This document shows, in pieces, positions 52,021 to 62,924 of a stretch of DNA of 63,974 nucleotides (position 1 is the first letter of the stretch; each line of letters begins with the position of its first letter). Source of the stretch: Octopus sinensis (taxonomy: Eukaryota); the NCBI RefSeq assembly GCF_006345805.1, contig NW_021833700.1, positions 1 to 63,974 of the forward strand. Direction: 5' to 3'. Position numbers and translations under genes: made by a program. The notes beneath the pieces are model-generated. The model saw only the letters and a list, made by a program, of their open reading frames with translations, ran no database searches and was not told the DNA's origin.

Positions 52021-52291
52021 GCAGTTTAAACTTCAGAAAGTCTTGCATAATTTCACTGTTCCACTTATAGATTATATTTGCAATGTCCGAATCAGTTGGG
52101 TATTTCTTTTTCTTACATGTATGTGCGTATGTATCACAATGAATGACCAACGGACAGTTTTTACGTATTGTCCTTCATTAGCTTCGAGCAGTTTCTACGA
52201 AATAGAACATTGCACTCAGAGATGAGTTCTTGAGTAACATCTTATAGCTTCTGCGGCGCCATTACACACACACACACACACGCAAGCACAT

Positions 52292-52323
<32 letters not shown>

Positions 52324-53234
52324 GCATTCAGCACATACACAGCGGTATGTACGTATGTATGTCTGAATGCATGTATGTTTGAATGTATGTGTGATTATAG
52401 AACGAAAGAGAAACATGGTAGATGCATTTAGTCATCCATGTCCTTACGAGTGTTTCAGTGGTCCTAATATAATCAGGTCTTCAGAGGAACACCGAATGTA
52501 TCTATACATTAGGCAGCCAATAATAGATCAAAGAACGAGTATACAGGATGCGGCACAAGTAACGTCCTTTTGTATTTGAGTTTTTCTAATTTCTAAATGT
52601 TTTTGTTTTTATTTCCTAAATCTTCAGCAATTTTTTCATTAGTTTATTCTTTGTTTCTTAAAGTAATGCAATGAATTTGTGTTCGATAAAAAATATTACT
52701 TAAACATTTATATACTATAAAAGTTATCTGATGCAAAAAGGGCGTTACTTCTTCCGCACCCTGGGCTAATAATAGCTATACTATATATTTTTTCGTTACA
52801 CACACGCGCACACCATACACACATTGCTTAAATAATACATTACTCTTACACACATTCAATCTACTCGCCATTAATACCACCACGACATGGACACACACAC
52901 ACACTACTACTCAACACACGCTGGCACGCTACATACGCCCCCACCCCTTCCCCTCCCTCCCTTCCTCCTTCCTTCTTTTTCTTACTAGACCTTTTGGCTG
53001 CTAAGCTGACCACTGTCTCGCCCTACCTCACCCCTACACACAGACGCACACACTAAACACATACATATATTTTTTGTTTTTTTATCTCGCCTCACACACA
53101 CACATACACACACGCACACGCAACACTCACACATACACCACACATCTGTTGCGTTACCAACCTTGTCTCCACTCTTTTTGCCTTTAAAAACCTACTTTGC
53201 TCTTGTTATCGTAACATCCGCCTTTTCACCATGT

Positions 53235-53440
53235 GCAACTCGTAAACACCAGTCGTTTTTTTTCTCTATCCTGTTGCCCGCTCTGGATCTTTCTTTCCTC
53301 TCTCTTCCTTCTTTATGTTTCCGACGAAGAGCTCCGCTCGAAACGTCATACTCCCTGCTTCCATTTCCTGAGCGCTATTAAAAATAATACTGTAATTGTT
53401 CCATTGTTGTTGTTTTTTTGTTCCCGTTTGGATTAAAATT
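53235..53440 (+). mobile_element. Penelope-type tail element with minimal HHR (53317-53351), sense in intron 1
   Basis: gttt CCGACGA a gagc tcc gctc GAAAC GTC atac; homologous to 12591 and 33912. Confidence 0.72.
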
Positions 53441-53509
53441 ATATATATATATATATATATATACATACATACATACATACATACATACATACATACATAC
53501 ATACATACA

Positions 53510-53540
<31 letters not shown>

Positions 53541-53845
53541 TAGTTTAACGCTTAAAAGGAAGAGATTCTGGATGTTTTGAGCGCAAGTCCTTCATCGGAA
53601 AATTATAAGAAAGGAAAAGATTGTTGGTTATACATGAATTTAAATAAGATACAAGGTACAATTTTTCTTTCAAGAACTTTATATTAAAAAATCGACTGTG
53701 TTCAGGATAGAGCTTTTATTTTACTAAAGCATTTCCGTATTTCATTATTACTCCCTTAAGTTCGATTTTATTCTTAAACTTATTTGTCTGACGTTTCGAA
53801 ATTTTTACAATCTGGTTTTCTCTTATACACATGCATATATACGCA

Positions 53846-54207
53846 GAACCAAGGCTGCGATTTAAGTACTGTGTCAAGTCCTCATTAAAGGCCTGTGATA
53901 TGCAGGAGACCTACTGGGAGGGCAATGTCTGTCATCGCCACAGATGGAGGAAGCAGGTTAAGGAGAGGGTCGACAGAGCATGTATTCTGCATGAAGAACT
54001 TAAGTGAGCAGCGCGAAAGCGCACAGCTCGTATAGTGAATGGGGAAAGCTTGGTCTGCAATGTTTGCAGTCGTGTATGCTTGTCAAGAGCGAGGCTCATT
54101 TGCCACCAACGGATCCGCAAATGCAAAATATAAGTTAGTCCTGGAGCACACAATGTTCCTAAAGGTCAGCAATGGTCTTTAGTGGAAGGCCATTATATAT
54201 GAGTGGC
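53846..54207 (+). mobile_element. RTE-clade LINE 3' end
   Basis: EPRLRFKYCVKSSLKACDMQETYWEG..RWRKQVKE..*..LVCNVCSRVCLSRARLICHQRIRKC* (C-terminal zinc finger), then a short 3' UTR. Confidence 0.8.
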
Positions 54208-54291
54208 AGGACATATATACATGCTGAACGTATGTATATACGCATGATTTGTGTTTTAATTTATTAACCTCTATCCTTATTCGCCCCACAG

Positions 54292-54500
54292 GTGTTGATG
54301 GCAAGAATATTCCGGAAGTAGTGTGTAAAATCTACTTCAACAATACGTTCCCATGTTTCGGGGGTGTGATGGCTTTGGAAGGACGAACGGGCAAGGAGCT
54401 CTGGAGACACTACAGTAACCATGAGGTGTATGGTTTAAACTGTAACTCAGATTTAAATGGGGACAATGTCCCCGATTGTTTGGCTGGTGGTCGCGCCGGG
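54292..54500 (+). CDS. FAM234B-like: FAM234-like coding exon 2
   Basis: Acceptor ccccacag|GT completes Gly (phase 1). VDGKNIPEVVCKIYFNNTFPCFGGVMALEGRTGKELWRHYSNHEVYGLNCNSDLNGDNVPDCLAGGRAG. Donor GGG|gtacgt, phase 0. Confidence 0.92.
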
Positions 54501-54599
54501 GTACGTATATCTTTACTTCTATTCATGTTGATCTTTTTTTACTGTTGTTATTTCTTTTTACTCTAAGCACAAGGCTTGGCATTTTGGGAGAGAGAGAGA

Positions 54600-54870
54600 G
54601 AGTTCCAAGCGGTGCTGTTTCCTGCAAGTGCTCCGCCCTTATTGCAGCCCCTATTTGTTCCATGTACTTCTCAAAATTTTTACTCACTGTTCCCAGGGCT
54701 CCGACAATTATTGGTACTACTTCCACCTTTTTCATCGATCACAACTGCTTAACCTCCCAAGCTAACTTGTTATATCTATCGACTTTTCTTTCTTCCTTAT
54801 CGCATACCTTGTTGTCAGCTGGGCATGCTACATCTATTATCCAGCATCTTTTGCTTTCTTTCTCAATTAA
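54600..54870 (-). mobile_element. R4/Dong-like RLE fragment in intron 2, abutting (AAT)n
   Basis: EKEAKRCWIIDVACPADNKVCDKEERKVDRYNKLAWEVKQL*SMKKVEVVPIIVGALGTVSKNFEKYMEQIG..HLQETAPLGT. Confidence 0.85.
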
Positions 54871-54871
54871 C

Positions 54872-54938
<67 letters not shown>

Positions 54939-55075
54939 ATTGCTATTATTGTTGTTGTTATTATGTTTGCTTGCTCTTGTTGATGATGGGGTGTGCTGGT
55001 AACATTCTGTGTCCTCCCCCCCCCCCCCCTCAACACTAGTCCTGTTTTAACATCCAACTTTTACCTTTCCTCCAG

Positions 55076-55247
55076 GTGTTCCAGGTGATCAGCGGTCGAG
55101 ACGGAACCCTAATTTGGGACTTTGGCCATCAAAAGGCCAAAAACGGGATAATGAACCTCTACACGGCCCAGTTCATTCGGGACCTCGATGGTGATGGGGT
55201 TTTAGATGTTCTGGCTGTCCACGGCGGTGACCCTTTGCAGCAGCCGA
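55076..55247 (+). CDS. FAM234B-like: FAM234-like coding exon 3 (absent from the ORF track)
   Basis: Acceptor ttacctttcctccag|GTG, phase 0. VFQVISGRDGTLIWDFGHQKAKNGIMNLYTAQFIRDLDGDGVLDVLAVHGGDPLQQP with a DxDGDG motif. Donor CCGA|gtacgt, phase 1; 172 nt. Confidence 0.92.
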
Positions 55248-55309
55248 GTACGTGACCTCATCTACCTTTTGAAAAAGTCAAACAATAACTACCGATGCAC
55301 TTTCATGGC

Positions 55310-55433
55310 CGCTCTCTCTCTCTCCTTCTTTCTCTGTCTCTGTCTCTGTCCTCCTCTTCTCTCTCTTTTCTCTCTCATCTCTCTCTCGTTCTCTCTCCTC
55401 TCTCCTCTTTTCTCTCTCTCTCTCTCCTCTCTT

Positions 55434-55464
<31 letters not shown>

Positions 55465-55750
55465 TTCTGTCTCTATCTCTCTTTCTGTCTCTGTCACTCT
55501 CTCTCTCTTTCTGTCTCTGTCTGTCTCTCTCTCTTTCTCTCTCTCTCTCTCTGTCTCTGTCCTCTCCTCTCTGCTCTCCTCTCTCTTTCTGTCTTTCTTT
55601 CTCCCTCTCCTCCTCCTTCGTCTCCTCTCTCTTTCTCTCTCTTTCTCTCTCTTCCTCTCTCTCTCTCTCGTAGTAGTAGTAGTAGATGTTGGTGGTGGTG
55701 GTGGCGGCGGCGGCGGCGGTGGACATCGTCGTCGTCGTGGTGACCGTGGT
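55310..55750. repeat. (CT)n tract followed by (GTA)(GGT)(GGC)(CGT) runs
   Basis: Direct inspection. Confidence 0.95.
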
Positions 55751-57496
55751 TAGTCTTGGTCTATATGTAATAGAGCAGATCTATGCTCTATAACAGATTG
55801 ACATCGCACCGTGACCATCACGTCTAAAAGCTACGTTGCAGTGGCACATGGCTTTGTGGTTAAAGTTGGGCTCACAATTGTTAAATCGCGGTTTCGTTTC
55901 TCGAGTCGAGCTGTATGGTGCTGTTGCCGTTATTATTAGGAGCCAAGGTCATCCATGAGAGAAGAGATTTAGGATCAAAGACATTCCAGCCGTGACAATT
56001 ACGTCTTCTTTTGTGGATTTTTATAACATTGTGAAAGCGTGTGTTCGTGTGGTTAAGGTGTTCACTTCACGATGGACGGGTCGTCGTTTCGTTTCTTGGG
56101 TCAGGCAGTTTTTGTTGGTCAACCTAGATCATCTATGGTAGAGTAGATCAATAATCAAAGACGTTCTAGATGTGACTGTCACGTCTTTTTGTGTGGGTTG
56201 TATCTTTAAGCAAGTCACTTCCTTTCAACTTGCTGGAAAAAAACCCAGTGTCAGTCGCACCTAAGAGTCGAACCTACAAAGGACTGGCGTCCCGTTCAGG
56301 TGTATGTCTTCTACTCTTAGGTCAAGCGCCATGAAAATCCAAATAATTTCCTGTGGCCTCCTCGATCTGTAAGCATGTACTTCACTTTTTAAGGTGGTAC
56401 GAAACGATTTAAGGAAAATATGACTATTACTTTTAGCAGTATTCACAGACTGCATACAGGCACTCTGGTTAAATCTTTGAGAGTTTGGTTGTCTATACAG
56501 GCAAATAACTATAGCATTACTTTGAGAAAATTATGGTTCTTCAAGAACATTTACAGACAATTTAATCTAGTTGCTTAATGGCGTTAAAATATGCCAAAGT
56601 TTCAAAAGATTACAATGGAATTGGACTTATTGCTGTCCACGGAGTAACAAAAGAGTTTTGTCTTTTAGTTCGGAAATCGATAAAGTTATATTAAAATAAA
56701 TTGAGAGAGAAAAAGAAAGAGGGAGAGGAGTATACGTGTGTGTGTGTGTGTGTGTGTATGTGTGTGCGTGTGTGTGTGTGCGTGTGTGTGTGTGTGAGTG
56801 CGTGTGCAGGAATTTTGTTTTGTTTGGCGACCAAATATCCTGTCTGTGGCAAAAAGAATGCTTCTTGTATCGAGGAAAATTGTAAGAAACAAAAGAAATG
56901 TCAAACCTACATTAATATAATGTGACAGACGGAAGCACAGTGATAGATAGATAGATAGATAGAGAGAGAGAGGGGGGATAGGGAGGGAGATGGAGTCGTT
57001 GCATCATTGTAAAAGACAACACACATACTACAGATGACTATTCAGAACCAAACACTAAAATCAATTGTGTGATCTTCACGTTCGGTTTTTGAATGAATGT
57101 TTGGTGGGAGAGGACCTGGCGATGTGACAGTTGCGTTTTGACATCGATCATAAGAAAGATGCCGGACAAAGCATAATAGTTGTTCATGAGTTCAATCCCT
57201 TAGCAAACCCTAAAAAAAACGAGAAACTCGGGCTAACTGTTCCCGTTTTCATCACATTGAAAATTTGATCTTTGATATTCGGCTCTAACACACACACACT
57301 CACTCACACACACACACACACACACACTCACACACACACAAACACAAACGTAAACACACACACACACGTACGCACTCACGTACACTCGCACGCACACACA
57401 CATGCACGTACAAGAAGACCCCACATTCACGAATGTTGAGAGTAAACGAACCTCTGTCGACCTCGCCGATGAGCATTGGCTAATCAGCGACACCAG

Positions 57497-57579
<83 letters not shown>

Positions 57580-57609
57580 TGTGTGTGTGTGTGTGTGTAT
57601 CTATCTATC

Positions 57610-57992
57610 TGTGGAGGCGCAATGGCCCAGTGGTTAGGGCAGCGGACTCGCGGTCGTAGGATCGCGGTTTCGATTCCCAGACCGGGCGTTGTGAGTGTTT
57701 ATTGAGCGAAAACACCTAAAGCTCCACGAGGCTCCGGCAGGGGATGGTGGTGATCCCTGCTGTACTCTTTCACCACAACTTTCTCCCACTCTTACTTCCT
57801 GTTTCTGTTGTACCTGTATTCAAAGGGCCGGCCTTGTCACTCTCTGTGTCCACGCTGAATATCCCCGTGAACTACGGTAAGGGTGCACGTGTTCTGTGGA
57901 GTGCTCAGCGACTTACACGTTAATTTCACGAGCAGGCTGTTCCGTTGATCGAATCAACAGAATCCTCGTCGTCGTAACCGACGGAGTGCTTC
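57610..57992 (+). mobile_element. tRNA-derived SINE, family C variant
   Basis: tggcccagtggttaggg and ttcgattccc boxes; 3' ~200 bp shared with 20043-20372 but a different middle. Confidence 0.85.
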
Positions 57993-58013
57993 CATCTATC
58001 TATCTATTTATCC

Positions 58014-58075
<62 letters not shown>

Positions 58076-58098
58076 TATATATATATATATAATATTAT

Positions 58099-58130
<32 letters not shown>

Positions 58131-58134
58131 AAAC

Positions 58135-58560
58135 ATTATTATTGGTGAATTGAAGAAATGGAGCTGAACGCAGATTGAACAGAAATCGTTTTATTTCATT
58201 CTACACGTGTTTCGAAAGGCACAATTACCAAAATCCGATTGAATAATGGGACCATATTGTGTCTTTCTCTTCAGGAAGAAAAAAGGAAATCCGCTGAAAA
58301 ACAAAAAAGAACAGAGGCGGAGCAAAAAGCAAATCGAACTATGCTCCTAAGAGCCCATGGCGAAACTGTTTTATCAGTGTATGTTGAGAACGGTGGCTGA
58401 AGATTCAACGGTCAGGCATCGGTCAATCATGTGGGTGAGGGTGTGTAGATGTTCTTTGTGACCGAGAATAAAGTTCTGACTATTTAAGGAATATTGGATG
58501 TTTTATAAGGGGCGAGAAAAAATCTACTTAGAGACTGTGTGGTGTGTATACTGTTAAGAC
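58135..58560 (-). mobile_element. Penelope-type 3' end with HHR
   Basis: HHR at 58199-58277; remnant HPIFLK*SELYSR resembles a PLE endonuclease C-terminus. Confidence 0.6.
58199..58277 (-). ncRNA. Type I hammerhead motif with extended stem II
   Basis: ttc CTGAAGA gaaag-a-cacaat..attgtg-c-ctttc GAAA CACGTG TA gaa: intact core, palindromic stem III and a GUA site. Confidence 0.75.
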
Positions 58561-58705
58561 GTGTGTGTGTATATATATATATAATAATTACGATGATCCG
58601 GTTCTTGAGCTGAAGACTGAGGGGTTCGAATGTCCTGTCCATGTTTATTGTGTCGTCTTCTAAGAGTTATACGTTCTTGTCCATGTTGTATTTTTCTACA
58701 TACCT

Positions 58706-58770
<65 letters not shown>

Positions 58771-58771
58771 T

Positions 58772-59400
58772 ACTAGCAGTATCGCCCGGCGTTGCTCGGG
58801 TTTGTAAAGGAAATAACTATATAAGCATTTTTAGAGAGTTTAGCCAAAAAATAGCAAAAAATGCATTAAAAATGGAAAAAATATGATGGTAAATTTTTTT
58901 TAAAATCGTTGACTCATCGTAGACATTTTAGAGAGTTACTTCCCTTATATAATAGCGAAAAAATGCATTAGATGGGAAAAAAAACGATGGTAATTTTTTT
59001 TTTAAATCGTAGACTCATGTAGACGCTTTCTTAGCCATTTCGTTTTGGTGTCTTCAAGCCATGAAGTCGTTGTTCTAAAAGAACACTGGTCTCCTTGACA
59101 ACGCATTACGACGTTGATTTCCTTACACTCCCTCCCCACAGGTGCAGGTTGGAGCGTGACGCCAACTCCGCCGCCATCGACACACGAAAAATATGCATTA
59201 AATAGAATAAAAAATGATGTTAAATTATTTTTAAATCGTAGACTCATCGTAGACGCGCGCTAATATTCAGACGCGCTCGATATGAATCACGACTATAAGC
59301 TACCCGAATTTGGTTAAACTGTACCGCAAAATGTGGAGTAGTTAGGAATCTAAATCGAAGGGACAGACACTCACACAACTACAGTTTTATATATATAGAT
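58772..59400 (+). mobile_element. Helentron/HINE-like non-autonomous element
   Basis: Starts ACTAGCAGTATCGCCCGGCGTTGCTCGGG in (TA)n; ends acagacactcacacaactacagttttatatatatagat; internal repeats of aaatcgt(t/a)gactcat(c)gtagac. Confidence 0.65.
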
Positions 59401-59419
59401 ATACATAGCGCAGTAGTGG

Positions 59420-59765
59420 TGAGATAGACAGCAAAGAAACATACATTCACTCTCTGCATGCAATTAGACTCGGAAAGTTCGTGAGGAACCCATTGACCCA
59501 TTTGCTGACTTTTCGATAGCACACAGGTGTCAATGAATGGTTGAATGACCAATCCAAGCTTCTCTGCTAGTTCCTCAACAGTTACGATGATATTTTGTTC
59601 CACCAGGGTTTTCAGGATGTCCTTGTCGAGTTCTACAGATCTTTCAGGATGAGGCTCGTCTTCTAGGCTGTAGTTTATGGCTCGGGATTTCTGGAACCAC
59701 CATTGACACTGCCTTACGCTTATTGTCCCAATCCCCTATACTGCATTAATATTTCTTGTACTTTT
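59420..59765 (-). mobile_element. Mariner transposase N-terminal (HTH) fragment
   Basis: TISVRQCQWWFQKSRAINYSLEDEPHPERSVELDKDILKTLVEQNIIVTVEELAEKLG..GQWVPHELSESNCMQRV (WVPHEL motif). Confidence 0.88.
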
Positions 59766-60759
59766 GCACACATTTATATCTGTTATTTTTTATATGTTTC
59801 AGCTTGAGGTTGTGGTCATGCTGGATCATGTGTGTGTGTGTGTGTGTCTATCTGTCTGTCTGTCTGTATGTATATATGTATATGATGTGTGTGAACAATA
59901 TATTTTCAACAGATGTTTGCAAATGTATCTGATTGTTCTCAGCTTCAATACTGTGTTGTGTGTATGTGTGTGTGTGTATGTATGTATGTATATTATGTAT
60001 GTATGTATGTATATGTATGTATTATTGTGTGTGTATGTATGTGTGTGGTGTAATGTGTGTGTGTGGTGTGTATGTATGTATGTATGGTATGTATGTATGT
60101 ATGTATGTATGTGATGTATGTATGTATGTATGATTATGAGTGTATGTTTACTTTATTACTAATACTCTCTTCCCAAGAACATTTTCACTCACTCTTAGCT
60201 CTTAGCTTCCCATACATTTGTACTCATGTATCTATCATCGTCATAGACAGAATACTTTCACTGTAGTCTTCCTCAAATCACTCTGTCTGCTATTTACTTT
60301 CATTTTATTCGTTGCCCACTGTGTGGTGTGCGTTTGCGTGTGGTTTAAACCAGACTAAGAAAAGCATTTGACACACACACCAGAATGTGAGTTTTCTGTA
60401 AATTTTGCTTAATTGGAGTTTAAATTTTAAAAACTGGACCTGGCATGACGCGATGCATTGTACTCTTAAAATGCCAGGTAAATTGTAATTGAAGAAATCC
60501 TATATTGTAGATTTGTATAACTCCCAAAGGAGGCAGATAAAAATCTGCCTTTTATAATAAGAGATATATTATATATATATGTGTGTGGTGGTGGTGTGTG
60601 TGTGTGTGTATGTATACATACCATACATATATATATATATATGTATGTATACATACATATATATATGTGTGTGTGTCTGTGTGCGTGTATATGTATGTAT
60701 TTGTATATGCATGCGCGTACGTGTGTAATCTCTGTATTATTCTCTCTTCCTATTTTCAG

Positions 60760-60986
60760 ACAGTGTCTACCGGTTGCCTGGTCGTATCGTGATATTCAGT
60801 GGGAAAGCTGGTAATGTGCTGCGTTGGGTTGGAGTACCCGATAAAAGGGAGTCGTATTACTCACCCCAAGTATATATGTTACCTGGCGGCACAGAAATGG
60901 TTATCTTCGGCACTGGCGGAGAGACTCACCCTGGCTCTCTCTGGAGGATATCATTGTCTGATCTCTATGCAGGGAAAATTGAGCGA
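60760..60986 (+). CDS. FAM234B-like: FAM234-like coding exon 4
   Basis: Acceptor ttcctattttcag|AC (phase 1 gives AAC). SVYRLPGRIVIFSGKAGNVLRWVGVPDKRESYYSPQVYMLPGGTEMVIFGTGGETHPGSLWRISLSDLYAGKIER. Donor CGA|gtaagt, phase 0. Confidence 0.92.
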
Positions 60987-61134
60987 GTAAGTTTGTTTCG
61001 TAACTTTTCCATATTTTACTTCCTTGGTTAAAGAATCCTACAAGAGAAATTGTTGTCATATGACTGATTCAAAGCCAGGAGGCTGAGTGAAAGAGAAATT
61101 GTAATGTTTCATATGATGACGTTAAATGAATCAT

Positions 61135-61460
61135 TACTGGTACTTATTTAAACGACCCCGAAAGGATGAAAGGCAAAATCGACCTCGGCGGAAATTAAAC
61201 TCAGAACATATAAAAGGACGAAATACTTATTTCTTTACTACCGACAAGGGGCTAAACACAGAGCGGACAAACAAGGACAGACAAACGGATTAAGTCGATT
61301 ATATCGACTCCAGTGCGTTACTGGTACTTATTTAATCGACCCCGAAAGGATGAAAGGCAAAGTCGACCTCGGCGGAATTTGAACTCAGAACGTAGCGGCA
61401 GACGAAATACCGCTAAGCAGTTTGCCCGTTGTGCTAACGATTCTGTCAACTCGCTGCCTT
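61135..61460 (-). mobile_element. Two tandem SINE B units in intron 4
   Basis: gaccccgaaaggatgaaaggcaaa(a/g)tcgacctcggcggaa occurs twice. Confidence 0.85.
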
Positions 61461-61745
61461 AAGTGAATAAGAAATAGTAATATATAATAACGTTATATGA
61501 AATAGAAATTGTAATGTTATAATGATGGCGTTAAGTGAATCAGAAATTGTAACATCTTACGTTAAATGAATTAGAAATATGATGACGTTATACGAAAGAA
61601 AAATGGCAATATTATGAGATAACGCTAAGTGAAACAAATATTGTAACGTTATGTGGTGACATTATGTGACAAGAAATTGTAATGATGTTTGATGGCGTTA
61701 AGTGAAATTGTAATGTTATTCGGTGGCGTTAAGTGAAATTGTCTT
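61460..61745 (+). repeat. Degenerate ~34-40-bp minisatellite abutting the exon 5 acceptor
   Basis: gaaattgtaatgttat..gatggcgttaagtgaa repeats about 8 times; two further units lie at ~61045-61135. Confidence 0.75.
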
Positions 61746-61759
61746 TTCTTTGTTGATAG

Positions 61760-61941
61760 GCACAGAAAATCTACGGAGACGATAGTAAAGGTGTGATGAC
61801 GCCACCTGTTCTCTTAGATCTAACGGGAGATGGCGTCGAAGACATTGTGGTTCCACTGTTCAATTCTACAGTCTTGGCAATAGATGGTCTTACCATGGCC
61901 GTTCTATGGAATTATTCCTTCCCGTCATCAGAATCATACAA
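61760..61941 (+). CDS. FAM234B-like: FAM234-like coding exon 5 (gene continues beyond the window)
   Basis: Acceptor ttttctttgttgatag|GCA, phase 0. AQKIYGDDSKGVMTPPVLLDLTGDGVEDIVVPLFNSTVLAIDGLTMAVLWNYSFPSSESY. Donor TACAA|gtaagt, phase 2. No exon 6 found before 63974. Confidence 0.92.
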
Positions 61942-62552
61942 GTAAGTATTTTTTCGTCATCATAGCATTTTAAATACTAAGACTAGATTATTTAATAGGT
62001 TTAATCCCTGTAAGTATGCATGCATATATATAGATATACATACATACATATGTATATATGTATATATGTCCCAGGGTCGGATCTGGTCCGTGGCAATATT
62101 TTGTCAGATCACGACTCAAATTTATAATAGAATTTTTTTTTTTTTAAGCTTAAAATAAGCTGTAAAATACATTTCGCTAGCATTTGTCGGGATCCGACAA
62201 GACTCGTGATAAACATCGGCTCAGATTCATCAAATCTGTGCACCTTAGCGAACATTTTGTTATATCAACCAATGAAATAGAAGCTTATGAATCCATATAC
62301 AAAAAGATGTGACCTTTTTCACCTTCACTTTGTCAGAACATAATCTTGCCCCCTCCCCTTCCAAATTTACCTATGTGTTCGTCCGGTTGGATTCTAGTGA
62401 AAAGATCGATATTAAAAGGTTTCGCAGCTGAAACAATACAAGTTTTCTATCAAATATTGGTCTTCTCAAGAACTGTATGCATTCATTTGGTTAATTTCTA
62501 TGTCCGTTCTCCTACTAAGAATTCTTACTTAACACAACTGTATATATATTAG

Positions 62553-62645
62553 TTAATCCAAACATGAAAACACAAAGAGAAAACACAACAACGCGAGGAC
62601 GTGGAACAAGTATAGTATTATTGGACGCTCAGGAAAGGAAAGAAA
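62553..62645 (-). mobile_element. 3' fragment of the same Penelope-type tail family
   Basis: Reverse complement of ctttcctgagcgtccaataatactata..gttccacgtcctcgcgttg..tttggattaactata. Confidence 0.7.
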
Positions 62646-62924
62646 GAATATATATATATATACAGACTACACGAATGAGTTTTCTCAACACATCGCTGCA
62701 CACAAACTCTGCTAACACCTCATATTTTCTTCCATTGTTTTAAATAAAGTTGTTATAAAGCATATATTGATTGTTTCACCCATTTACTTTGTCCAATACC
62801 AGGAATAAGCCTTTTAGAAGCAATTGCCCCTAACAGACTGCGAGATCTAGCTTATGCCTTAATTCGATTCGCAAAACCGAACGGAATTATTCCCCTGGTA
62901 TAAAGCAATGTACTTTATATTCCA

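Noticed and set aside
60761-60763. Alternative acceptor CAG 4 nt downstream of the exon 4 acceptor
   Set aside because: It would shift the frame relative to the phase-1 donor of exon 3.
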